From contig CM074821.1 in assembly GCA_037447605.1 (NCBI GenBank), positions 124,001 to 188,000 of the forward strand: DNA of 64,000 bases. Direction: 5' to 3'. The stretch is from Zygnema circumcarinatum SAG 698-1b. Lineage: Eukaryota > Plantae > Zygnematophyceae. Position 1 is the stretch's first letter. Each line of letters starts with the position of its first letter. The position numbers were made by a program, and so were the translations under genes. Positions 45,862 to 57,997 of the stretch are shown here, in pieces. Under the pieces are notes generated by a model that was not told the DNA's origin, ran no database searches, and saw nothing but the letters and a program-made list of their open reading frames with translations.

Positions 45862-47975
45862 TCATGGCCCTTCAAGCGGGTACTCTTCACATGGCTCCTC
45901 TTCCGGCATCACAAAAAACTCAACGTAGGATGTTCGCGGGCCTTGCGCATCGCCTCCGCCTCCGTCCTGCTGATGGCCTCCGTGCGATGAAGTTCTCAAA
46001 TTGATGATGTGCTGCACTTTAAGGAGTCCCATGTTGTCTATAGTCAGCTTGCTGCCCCTGTTGTCCTTCAGGATGCTGTTCGGTATGTTGGCGGTCGTTG
46101 CTCGCAAATACTTGTACTTGTACCTGAAGGGGCCCAAATTAGCAAACACGGTAAGGAAGCTTTTCAAAGCATGGCAACTCAAAACCTGCATTGATTTTTA
46201 AAGAAAAGCAAGTGGCTCGATGAAGGGGAGCTAGCTCAACAATACATAAAAAAAAAGGGCTAAATCTGTACGAGCGACGGTGCATGGAGATGCTCACCAA
46301 AAGAGGACCGGATGATCGCACTTGAAGTCAATGAAGAGATCAGAGCGTCGGTCATAACAGAAGTCAATCTGAAGCAAACAATCGCAGGGTTACTGAGCAG
46401 TCAGAAACACGGTTAGAAACGTTCACTGAAGCCGGCTCTGGAAGGTGGTATTTTAGGGTTTGCCAATTCACCTGCAAATCTCCAACTCCTTCGGCTCTGA
46501 AGGTGACAGTGGGCGGCTCTGGAGTCAAACTGAGCTGTATACTGGAGCCCGGCCATTCTAAATCCTCAATTGCTTCCTTTAGTGCCTGCGACTGAATATT
46601 CAGGAGAGATAGGAGGAATTGGTGTCAGGGTCTGGCAGAAAACATCACAAAACAAGGCTAAAAGCTCATGATTCAGCTTTTAAGAAAGGTACTAATTTGA
46701 AGAATTGAGTCTCACTTTGACTGCGAAGGACACCGGCTGATCTCCATCCTCTCTTAGCACATAGTCTCGGGGAATGCTGTCAGGAATTCTTGTTCGAATC
46801 TCCGCGTCAGTGCAGGTTTGGTTCACGTCAGTCAGTCTGCAGCCGAGGGTGTGAATTAAGGCTCGAATCTCAAAGTTAAACAAGCAGAATTCCAGCGGAA
46901 ATCAAGAAAATCTCTGTCTTGGCAAGAAGATAAACAGGAAAGAGTACTGTTTGAATGGAGAACCGTGCTCGTTTCTTCATCATACTTGAGCAGAAGCTGC
47001 ATATCAGGCCCAGGATATCGAAGCTCCATAACTGTGCTGGCCGAGGAGGCGAATGCGCTGAGGCAGTCGACCAGCACGGAAAGATGGATGCCAAAGCGCA
47101 ATCTAACTTCGGCATGATACCTGTATTCCCTGAAAAGCTGCCCTTCAGGGGGACATAATTACTAGTGGGATCTACACGCAAGCCTAGCTCATATTCAGGA
47201 CGAAAATAAATAGAAAGAATATGCTTGTTCTGTTCAACAACTTGTCAGAACCTCAAGAAACTTAAGTCATATGAAACTTCAGCTGATTTTGGGCATATGG
47301 TTTGGGAAGACATCGACAAATCCCATAGCATAGAAATTGAGTAATCCACGATTTCATGGATGAATAAAGAAGTCACGTGACATTCACGAAAGAGCCTTAC
47401 ATGTACTCTTCGTCGCAGGCGTTGTGTCTTTCCTTAAAAGAAATAGAATAAGCGAAACTGGAGGACGTGCGGAGGGACTAACCTCTTTGCGAAAGTAAAG
47501 CTTGGCATGCAAGCAGTTCAATTCCTCCACAATGAAAATTAGACCGTGCTCTGAGAGCTCGCATATCGCATCCTGCAAACATTATATAAACAAATGTATA
47601 TGTGACAACATCACCCTAAAATCCTTCAAATTCTGACGGCCCTTTGGAAAAACCTTAGTGGCCTATGGATGAACTTAAAAGATCAAGCTCGACTCGTTTA
47701 CAAAGACAAAAAAACAAACACCCTACACCTTGGCGCGTACGACCTCTAAGGTATTAAAGAAAAATTAAAAATTAGACTCTGACGCCTTAAGATCGTCGTT
47801 TTTTTGTTTTTAATCTGCGAGTGAATATGTTGATGCGATGCAAAAACTGAAGCTGCCTCTGTCGTGCCTGTTGCTTTTTCCACTTCACACTTGACATAGC
47901 GCCGGCCAAGCCTTGCAAGTTATCGAGCATGCAGTACAGATCAACATCTCCATCACTCGTCCGACTGCCTGCCAT
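45862..47975 (-). CDS. RAD1: 9-1-1 checkpoint clamp subunit RAD1; 7 exons
   Basis: LDNLQG...VKWKKQQ|DAICELSEHGLIFIVEE..LHAKLY|LFREY..RFG..VDCL..YPGPDMQLLLK|AEIRTRIPD|ALKEAIEDLEWPGSSI|YKYKYLRAT..KDNRGSKL..LKVQH..YVEFFVMPEE; all junction phases are compatible. Confidence 0.93.
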
Positions 47976-48111
47976 TGGCGGAAGCGGTTCACAGCTCCGC
48001 TTGCTTCGCACGATATTGCGGCTTGCTTCCTCTCTGAATGATTACATCACAGAAGTTTTCGTTAGCTCCTCTTTCAGGTTCAGCACGGAAGAAGGAATCG
48101 CGAGTCATCAG

Positions 48112-48781
48112 ATGATTCAGGATTTGTTGGTTAGTTCGGAGCTGAGAGATGAGATGTAGAGAGTTAGAGATGCTGTATTTTAGGGTTGCCAAAGCTCGAG
48201 GTAGCTTCAAGGTTCTGGAACGTTGTAGGGTTCGGATGGCATTGTGTGCGTGAAGGCTCTGCGTACTTTGTAAAAGTTCAAAGCGATCACACTTTCCAAG
48301 TTTTCCAGGACCTGAAAGCGTTTGAGACCATTCTGAGATTTCGCACCATACTTTCTGTAGCAGAGGACGAACATGCACATGCTCGGTCCTTACAGGCTTT
48401 GCAGAGCATGCAGTTGCCATCAGAGCTCAGCCTTCCGTCAACACAGGGCTCACACTTCACAAGCACATCTTCTAGTTCTAAACCACCAGAGGTGCATTCA
48501 TCATCATCGTCATCATTATTGCCATAGTCAATATCATTATTTTATGGTCATCCGCATGCTTCCTTGGCATGCAGCTGCTTGCTGCAAACGCAGTAATCAA
48601 AACTCACAAACTGCTGCTCACGTGGTGATGTCTGGAGGCGAGTGGCATTTGCAACGGACTTTGCTCTCAGAATGATGCGAATCAAACTCTTGAGAACGTG
48701 AATCCTGAACTTGTCATGCTTCCTTTTCATCTTTTGCAGAAAAAGTTGCAGTTGCTCAGCCATATTTTTCAAATGGCTTGA
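48112..48781 (+). CDS. Possible 80-aa three-exon gene divergent from RAD1
   Basis: Exons 48112-48129, 48309-48491 and 48740-48781, all phase 0, with pyrimidine-rich acceptors. No domain recognised. Confidence 0.3.
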
Positions 48782-49240
48782 GTGCAAACAAACAGGAGCG
48801 AATTTTGGACATTCACCATACCACCATATATCAAACGAGTCATCGCCATATATAACAAAAAGTACAGATCCCTTTTTCTTTTCCAAAAAATAAGAAGTGG
48901 CCGCCTCCTTTTTTGGCGCTTTTTCCATGGCAAGGTCCTTATCTCACCATCGAATCAAACGACACACCAACCTAACTAAAATATGTACGCAACAGACGCC
49001 TACTGCACGATCATATTCCTTCCTTAGATGTAGCGCTACAGCTAAAAGTTTAATAAGAATACACTTGCGAGAGTCATCACCAAACCTGCCCTATACAAAC
49101 AAACGTGCTATGACAAAACATTGGGACAAAAAACCACTACTCACTATCCAACACGGGGTGATGCCCTCCTGCGAACCTGCTGAAAGCTTTACTTTTGAGC
49201 CCCCTTACAACGGCAGAAACCAATCAAACCAAAACTACCT

Positions 49241-52200
49241 TCAACGAGCTCCAAACAAAGAAGTAAATATATTCCCTACTCCGCCATTTTTCCCGGCCTT
49301 TCCGTCAGTCCAGGACTCGGACTCCCACCGCCCTCCTGACAAGGCCCGGGAGCTATCCAGTCCTGCATACAAAACCACGTCACATTTGCTTGTAAGAAAT
49401 GGCTTCACACTGCGCATGAAGAGTTGCAAGAGTTCGATCCCTAGAGAGTGTCTCACTCGACTGTGCAGAAGCCCGTTTCCCACTGCAATCCCTTCACATA
49501 ATACGCGCACTCTCAGATAGAAACACTTTTTAGGTTCCATCCCTTTCCCAATTTAACAGTCAGTGTGCAGCGAGCACGCTACAAAAGCGTGATTCTCACA
49601 ATCACGAATAAAGCTCAGAAGTATACCTGGGCTTCCCCCATTCTCTGCAGGCAGAGAGCTGCGGGGAGAGGAGGGTCGTTGCAGATGCCGCGTACGCTCT
49701 ACCGCTTCCCTCTCTGCCTTCTCTCTGATTCGATTTCGGTCGCGGCGGGGAGACCGAGGCCGAGGGCTGCCAGTAGATGGCGATCGTGGTTGATTATCCC
49801 CCGAGGACCCTCCTGCTTCCGAGTTTCCCTTCCTGCCTGAGGGGGACACAGGCTGCGTTTGAACTGAACTTCCACTTCTAGTGGCCTGCCTTCTGCTACC
49901 ATCCTGGAGAGGACTTGATGCATCTTCATCGCGTCTGCCAGAGCTTTGTGGCGAACCAGATTTTCCTCTTGGACTGCCATCCGCAGGGGAGCTCTTTCGT
50001 CTGCTGCGGGATGCTCTGCTCTCCGCCTCTATGCTTTCATCAAACAACTCATTGACGGGGGATGAAGGGGAGCGCTGCCGAGAAGGGCTTGCAGGCTCTG
50101 CAGGGAGGTCTTGAGTGCGAAGAGAGACACTTTCTCCTGCGTATGGGCTGCCACCTCTTCGAAAAGAGTGCTGCTCTACGGCAAGAAGCTTCGGCAGCCG
50201 CGACTTCAGTGCTAAGTCAGTGGTAGGGTCAACAGTGCCAGGGCGCAGAGGACTAACGGGAGCAATGGTAGCAAACATGGCCTTCTTCACCTCTTTAGGA
50301 AGACGGGAGCTTGTCAGCTTGCAGCGAGCACCAGGATACTTTGCAAGATAGAGGCGAATTCTTATTGGCGGTGCCTTATAATATTGCTCATCTGTGCTTC
50401 GGAATAACGGAGGATTATGTGCGATAAGAAAGCCTTGCAGGTCTGTCACTGGCAAAATTCCAATCCTGCACACACACACATTTGGTCCATAGGTCAACAT
50501 CTTCTGCATGTCAATCTTTAGAATCTGCAGTCTGCATGCACACGAGTCAAGTCCTTGCACGCTCTTGCATTATCTCCTCCGCTAAATACGTCTTCCCTCC
50601 CGAAGGCAAACGCAAAAAGGTGCACAAATATGCACCAAATGGTGAGAAAATATGAAATGGCTGCATGTCGACTAGTTCTGCAACGGCGACTAGTTCAAAC
50701 AGCAACCACTGGAAGAGTACCTCCAATCGCACATGAATTGTTTATTCAGCTTGAGTCATACAAAAACTAGAATGCCAATTGCGCTAGTACAAAGGGCAGG
50801 GCCCATTGTATTCAAGGGGGAGAGGCCGGCATTTCAACAACGGAAGCCTCAACTTCACTGGAAGGATGATGGACGCTGCAAAGCAGGGTAGGGTCGTTAC
50901 TCTAGAGTTTGAACGATGAGGGAGAGTGTGTCATCATCGAATGCAAGGCTTGCTTCTCAAAATGAATGGACCAGGTTGAAGAAGCTCTCAGTAGTTGGCT
51001 GTCTTATTGTCGTGATATAGAAGATACAAATGAGGTGAACTAATGAGGCAAGTAAAAGTACAAGGTGCCCTTTACCAACTGGCTGGTCTAGTGACTAGCA
51101 TTCACTCGGCTACCCAAACAGAAAGAGTTAACCAAATGAATGTGTCAGGAAGAAAAAATTGCGACTTGAGAGTTGGCATCAAGGCAAAGCCTTTTAAACC
51201 CTAAACACACTCCCGACAAGGGATTGAGGCATGTAACAATTGAACATTACTAAAACGTCTCAGTTCTTAACAGTAGAGCTCCGCAGACTTGACCGAAATG
51301 TTTCTCTGCATTACAATAAGCATAGATATAACAAGCAAGCTAATGTAACAACCTCAACCCTCTAAACAGACAGACCAATTGCAGCTGCTGCTGCTGCTGT
51401 ACAATTACGTTACACAACAAACTCGAAGAAGAGTGTCTTAATGGTAAAAAAATTCTGGGTTGCCTAGTGCTGGAGCAAAATGAGAATGCACCAGCAATGC
51501 TTTATCCGCACATCATATAAAGGTAAGGAGGGCTTTACCCGAGGCAGAACCAGCAGGGTGGTGCTCTTTCCAATGGTGCAGTTTGCCCCTTGTGGCATAA
51601 TTGGCCTGAGCCTTTGCAGCCATGGCATGGCGCGCGCTTTCCCTCATCTTTCTCCATTCCACTTGCCAATGTGCGCATAAGAACCTGCAGAATACGTCAA
51701 AACACCACTTTAAGAAACGTCCTCTCCTGCAGTCGTCATATGCCTTTCCACGAACTATACTTTCTATACATTTCCGCGAACACTACGGGCGGAATCACCA
51801 GCTGCTACCTGCGAATTGAGCCCCCGTCTCCTTCCTGCAACTTCGGCGTCATGCTACTCCGCCATTGATAACATAAGATTAAGCTCTTCCAACCCTGCCT
51901 GATACAAAAGCGCGGGATGAAAGTAATGCCAAGGCTATCTTGTCTTCAGTTTGTCGTCAAACAGGCGTTTACCTACAAGAACAAAATCACGTCTCGACGA
52001 CAAGAAGGAGCCGGAAGCTCTGACATTTCTCTTGCCCTACATCTGGCATGTAGAGTGCATTTCAGACCCTTAATGTTTTATTCTACATTGCAACTTCGGG
52101 TCTTGACAGCTATCATATCCTCATGGAACCTTACAACTGGGGGTTCTTCTGAAAACTGGTTCACAAGACGCTTCTCAGAACTGCAGTTTCACTAATCAGA

Positions 52201-52465
52201 TAGGAAGCCAGCTCATGCACAATCATTACTTCACTTCACACTTCCGATCTGGATTCTCGATCTTCCCCTTTCCATTCGCTCAGTAAATTACACACGGAAA
52301 AACCAGTCCAAGCTATCCCCTCCAAGCAAGAACCTTCCTTTCCTGCATCATCCGCCCTCTCCTGCTCCCACTCATCCTCACCTGTCCCCCTTCCTTCACA
52401 GCATCGAATCCCCGCCGAGCTGTAGTAGACACCCCAGAGCTCATGCCTGCCGGTGGTTCTCTCAT
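49241..52465 (-). CDS. Unknown protein of ~396 aa with two CxxCxGxG motifs and a Ser/Arg/Pro-rich tail; 4 exons
   Basis: Exons 52465-52382, 51684-51539, 50465-49627 and 49362-49241 (alternative last acceptor near 49478). Phases 0/2/1 are consistent. Motifs: CHGCKGSG and CWFCLG|IG. Confidence 0.72.
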
Positions 52466-52974
52466 CCTCCCTGTGGTCAACCCTAACCCTAAATCTTCTC
52501 TTTCCTGCACCCACCCGGTTTCCAAGCCACTCTGCGCCCCCCCACTGCCCGTCCTTTTCCCGAAAGTGTGAGCAAGTGCCGCCGCCTGACTGACGGGGGA
52601 TGGCTTTACCCAAACGTGTGGCAGCCGCCCATACAAAATATGCCGCACGTGTAAGCGGTGGCGATGGGAGAGCGGCCGCGCTTTAGGCCTCGCTGGCTCC
52701 TCTCCATACAAAAATGCAAATGGGCGTCAGCCTTGACTATTATATTCTCTGCCTTCACTAGTTTCGTTTCTTTTCTGCCGGGCTGTTTCCCTTCTTACAG
52801 GGAGCGCATGCCGCCCAGCCAGGGTTTGCAGCACTCTTTCTCTGACTTTGTCTCTCGACATTACGCTTCTGCAGCCATATGTTGCTAAACTAAGAACTCT
52901 TCTGAGCTGATGAAGTAGGAATGATGCATATGTAGCTAAGAGAGAGTGGAGGACAAGCTAGTAGAGGAGGAGTA

Positions 52975-55900
52975 ATGAAGGCTTCTGCCGCTCGTGGCAG
53001 GAGGGCAGTCTGGTTGGACTGTGATCCTGGTACGCCTCTCGCCTGCTGCATAGCAAGGCTTGGTTGTGTCCAGTGAAGCAGACTGGAAAAAAAATGTAGA
53101 TTGGAGACACATGCGACACAGGCTGTGGTGCTCCTTAAGACTCAAGCAAGCAAAAAATGGAAGAAAAGTGCCAAGAAAGAGTCGTTCATCCCAATGTAGA
53201 GGAGTACAAACCGCTGTTCGTCTCCTTTTTCGAGTTCAAAGACAATCAAAGTTTCAATGAAGAAGGGAGCCATTCGCTTCAGAGAATGCAGCTGCAGCTT
53301 ACAATGAATGTAGTCAGCTAATGTTGCACAAGCGAATGACCAGTACATTGAACCGAAGCATGGCATATTCCAGAGTCTCAAGCAAACACTTTCTCAAGCA
53401 GCCCGTCAATCGTTGCTTTTATGCAAACCAGAATCATCATTGCACAAGTCCCTGAATATCTGCATTTGAATCAGGAATCGCGAACTAATGATCCTTCTTG
53501 ATTTCAAGCAAATTCAACTTTTTTAACAATTCTTTTTCCACATGAGAAGATAATTCTCTTTTAGGGGCTTCTTAACTCTGCTCCATTGTTCCATAACTCT
53601 GGAGCCACTGCCTATAGCAATAATGATGTGCTAGTTTTCATTCGCATTGAAAAACTGCTGTTTTTGAACCGCCAAAAACTCGTCGAGAAGTTTGTCCCTT
53701 TGTTTGCCAAGCACGATATTTAAATCTGCTGAAACTACCTTAACTGATAATGTCCAAGTAATGGTGCTTTGCCTGCCATGAAATGGCTTCCAGCCCATTG
53801 TGGCATGAATTATTTTGAAAAGAGCAGAAGTGTCAAGAGTCGCCGCTTTGCTGGGGAAGAACTTAGGCAGCCATACAGAAAATCATAATCATCGACCCCT
53901 TTTACACCAATCTATTGAAGGAGTTCAGTTATTTGCAGCATTTATTCAGAAATATCCCATAGTGCTCATAGACTTTGCCCCTTTTCTCCAAAGGTCTCAT
54001 TTGGAAAGCTTTCCATGTTCACAGTCATGATAGGTAGGGAAATCATCAAATGCATGTCCAGCCCCCGGTCTAAAGCCCTTCACGCGGGTCACCATTGCAG
54101 GCCATGACGATGCAATGGCCCTTATATTGGCTGCACATAGCCCAGACCTCGAGCTGCTCGGTGTCAGCACAGTTCATGGAAACCAAGAGGTATACAAACA
54201 GGAGACTTTTGTTGGTTATTGCAACAAAGATTGATTTCTCTCTCAGCATCTCTTCCTTCGTGACGACGCTTCCAACCAGCCTCCACACTATGCTTTCATT
54301 TTGCAGCTGAAGAAAGTGACTGCAAATGCTCTCAAGGTTCTGCACCTCTGCGGCCGGCCCGATATTGGTATGCGTCACCAGAATTCTTTCTCCCTCCAGG
54401 AGTTTAATCGAACTAAATGGTTGAATCGACAGCACCACGAAGGCATCCTTGATTCCCTCTTATTCGATGTTTGGCCGTTCTTTCCTCATGGATACTGTTG
54501 AACAGATGTTGTGCGAGGACAGGCAGCTCCTCTTCTGCGATCCCCAAAGCGATGCCCTGAAATCCATGGTGATTCGGGTCTTGATGGGCCGGAGTGGGAC
54601 TTAGTAACAAAAGCACCTTTGGAGGGGAAAGGGGTCATTGTGATGTTCAATGCCTTATGGCAGTACCATTTATCTGCTCCAAAGGTGCATTAACTCTCCA
54701 TTCAACGGTTGCTGAGATGTCCATACACTTCAAAGAAGAAGAAGAAGCAAGAGCAAGAGAAGCAGGAGCTTCTGCTCTCAAATTCAATGTATTGCGGTTA
54801 AGTTTTCCCTTCGTCGGTCTTGATTGGGGAAAAGGGAGCAAAAAAGGTGGTACTTATCTGCACCGGCAGTCTCACAAATGCAGCTCTCCTCCTCACTATA
54901 TACCCCGAGGTGAAGGACTTCATAGAGGTGCTCCACTAATTCCCGAATGCTGTTCACTCTAAAGTCCGAAACCTCCGTGTGATAACAAAGGTTGCTTTTG
55001 AATGTTCCAAAAAGCTTTTCAGTATTTTAGTTAGTTGTTATTCAGTAATTTAGTTCTCCAGTTATTGAAGACTTTACAAAACTGCTTCGACTAACTTTAG
55101 CACGTGTGGACCTTGCATTGCTCCAGATTGTCTTAATGGGTGAGCTCGCCTCTTCTCCTTTGTCAATATAACAACCCCCTGTCAAGCTCTCCTGTTCATG
55201 ACAAGCTAACCCGCTCAGCAAAAGTAGGTGAGAGTTTGAAGGTGGGTAGGCATAGGTGGCTCCGTGAATGATGGGATGAGAGCTGGATGCGGAGCTCCTT
55301 TTATGAGTGTAATAGAGATGAAGTGTAAAATATGATAGGGAAGTATTAAGCAGCAAACAGTTTCAAGAAAGTTTGTGGGCCTTTGGGGTTCATTGAAGTC
55401 AAAATGCGACTCATTGGGTCTGCTCTATGTGCAGGAGGCTGCTTAGGAATCGGAAATACTGGTGAGGACCATCGTCATTTTACTAACTGGCTTTGGCTAA
55501 TGCTGAAAGTATGCAGAAAGTGTCGAAACTCGATGATCCCTAATTTGTGGGTCAGCTATGTGTGTGGTGCAGGACCAGTCATGGAATTCAACATGCAGGT
55601 GCATCTTTTGCCCTTACATCCTTTGGGGGAATATCAGGACATAATTTTTCCTTTCCTCTCTCTCCTCTCCTCTCTCCACTCCTGCTCTTACATTTCTCTG
55701 CTGGTTTTTGCAAAGCCTGCAGTGCGATCCGGAGGCTGCTAAGATTGTGTTGGACTCTGCTGCAGAAGTGACGATGATCCCTTTGGAGGTGCGTAAGCTG
55801 AACACTCATAGAGCCTCACAATAGCTGGCCATCTGCTATTGCAGTCATCACGCCTATGAATCGTTCCAAGGTTACAAACGAAGGCTTGCATCAGGTGTGT

Positions 55901-57696
55901 TACCACTTGAATGTACTGTTGACGATTCTTCATTAGGGAGAGTGAGCATGCAGGTCACGCACACAGCTCTGGTCACTCAAGAGGTCTTGCAACGGATTCA
56001 AACCACATCAATCACTCCGTTTCGCAAAATCGGTGTGTGTTTGACTTTTGTATGCATTGGTTCTTTGCTTCGTATAAAGACGAGTTCGCGATACCTTTTT
56101 GTTCTATCGCAACCTAAGGGCGACACCAGTACCGAGCTTCTCCAGCATAGTCTATGTGCCCATTGGAGCCGTTGCTGATGTTGGATGTGGCTATTGAATC
56201 TAGTGATTTTTTTTCTGTCGTTTTGGGAAATGGAATGAAGTCGTGGAGCTTCTGCTATTCTTCGCTCAGCGCTACAATGAAGTGTTCAACTTTGATCATC
56301 CTCCGCTTCATGATCCCTGTGCTGTTGCCTTTGTTATCGCCCCTCACCTTTTCAAGGTGGGGCCCTTCCCCAATGGTCGCTGGTTTTGTTGGTCGGTGTG
56401 GCCTTCGATTGTGAATCGAAAATTGGAATTGGGAATTGTGTTGTTCCCCAGTGTTCCTCATGGCTTTGCTCAGAGAGCTTGTACTCTTCTTAGCAATGAA
56501 CCTCGGCTGAAATTTGCCCTGATCATGGGAGTTGTTTCTGTCGAAGCATATGTCCAGGAAGGCAGGTAGCTGTATGCAATAGAGAAAGCGAAGGTGGTCC
56601 TTGAAGAGAGTAGCAGAGAGATGGACGTCAGAAGAAAGGGCATGGACAGTAGGGCTTGAGATGGAGTAAAAAGGCAGGAAGAGAGGCAGGGGGAGAGAAG
56701 TGAAAGGAGAACTGCATGCAGAGAGCTTTTTTTTCAGGGCTGGGTAAGTAGTGAGCGGATCCTGATTCTCGATTCCCTTGCAGACGGAACTCATTCGAGT
56801 GGATGTGGAAACCGTAAGCGAGGTAAGACTTTCTTGTTTCATTTGAAAATGAAGGCCGAGTTCACGTTGAATAATGCAACATGAGAACGTTGACGTTTTC
56901 ATCGTATCAATCTCGTGCATGGGTAATCCTGAAGCTCACGTTTGGCAGTCAATGGTGTATTTCTCGAAGAACATGAGAAGAGCTTCTTGGCCTTTATGAA
57001 GAATTTCACTTTTATTAAAGTGCATGTGGATTTTCCCTCTCCCCCTACTGAAAGGGAGCGAGGGTTGGGGGTGGGGGGGGGAGAAGAGTGAAAGCGGTGA
57101 GGGAGAGGGCTGGAGTGGGAGAGGGTGGGAGGAGTCAATGGGAGTGGAAATGGGGAAATCTAGATTCTAGTGACTTCGCATTTGGTATACTACTTTATGG
57201 GCGTCTATGGTTGCGAATTTTGATACAATGAAAATACTATCGAATCATAACCGTATGTCCATCCCCAATCATGGACACCTATAAAGCTTTGTTACCCGCA
57301 ATGCTGTTGCCCTGTTGAAATCTCACTCATCCCTCCCTCCACCATCTCCCCTTCCCTCACCTCCTACCTCCTACCCCCCTCCCTCTCCCCCCCCCAACCT
57401 CCCTCCCTCTCCCTCCTCTCTCCTCTCTCCTCTCCTTCCCTTTCCCCACCTCCCCTCCTCCCTATACTTCCCTTTCCCACTCCCTCATCCCTGTCCTTTT
57501 CCTTCCATACATGACAGTTAGGGTTAGTATTGTGGGTGAGCAACAGCTCTGTGCAGGGCAGACGGTGTTCGATGTATGGGGGCAGAGCGGGAGACCTCCG
57601 AATACAGTGCTTGCGCGAACCATGGATGTCGATGGCTTCTGGGATCTCATGATAGCAGCCATCAATTCCGCCAACGCTGCAGCCGCTCACTCTTGA
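52975..57696 (+). CDS. Inosine/uridine-preferring nucleoside hydrolase (RihA/RihC/URH1-type); multi-exon
   Basis: VWLDCDP|GHDDAMAL, LLGVSTVHGNQ, CPEIHGDSGLDGP, EFN, DPEAA, PLHDPCAVA, GQTVFD and DVDGFWDLM. Confidence 0.95.
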
Positions 57697-57997
57697 GGAG
57701 CTGCTATCTTTGGGGTTCAAGTACTCTGGGTTTACTTGGGCAAAATTGTTTGCTTGTCATTGAACAAGTGCCATGTCCCATGCATGTGTGGTATGTGGAT
57801 GTGGATGAACTCCAAAAATTGCACCATATAAAGTACAAGACGTGGCATTGGCCAATTAGCCAACCTGAACACCACGCTTCAGAAAATAGGGTTTCAGACG
57901 ACTACCAATGACGCGATAGGGAGGAAGCAAAGCAATGATTAAGGAAAAAAAATTATGCACTGTTCTACATTTTTTGTCTAGCAACACCGTAGACCTC

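Noticed and set aside
48200-48530. Minus-strand Asp/Cys-rich stretch (NNDIDYGNNDDDDDEC...CMLCKAC)
   Set aside because: It has an in-frame TAA immediately upstream and no acceptor or ATG at its start; it is better explained as antisense of the plus-strand candidate.
50547-50732. Walker-A-like LPSGGKTYLAEE
   Set aside because: It lacks the first Gly, ends in a stop shortly after, and lies in intron 2 of the zinc-finger gene model.
52236-52613. 125-aa minus-strand ORF (WGVYYSSAGIRCCEG...)
   Set aside because: It uses a non-ATG start and overlaps, in another frame, the ATG- and donor-supported exon 1 of the zinc-finger gene.
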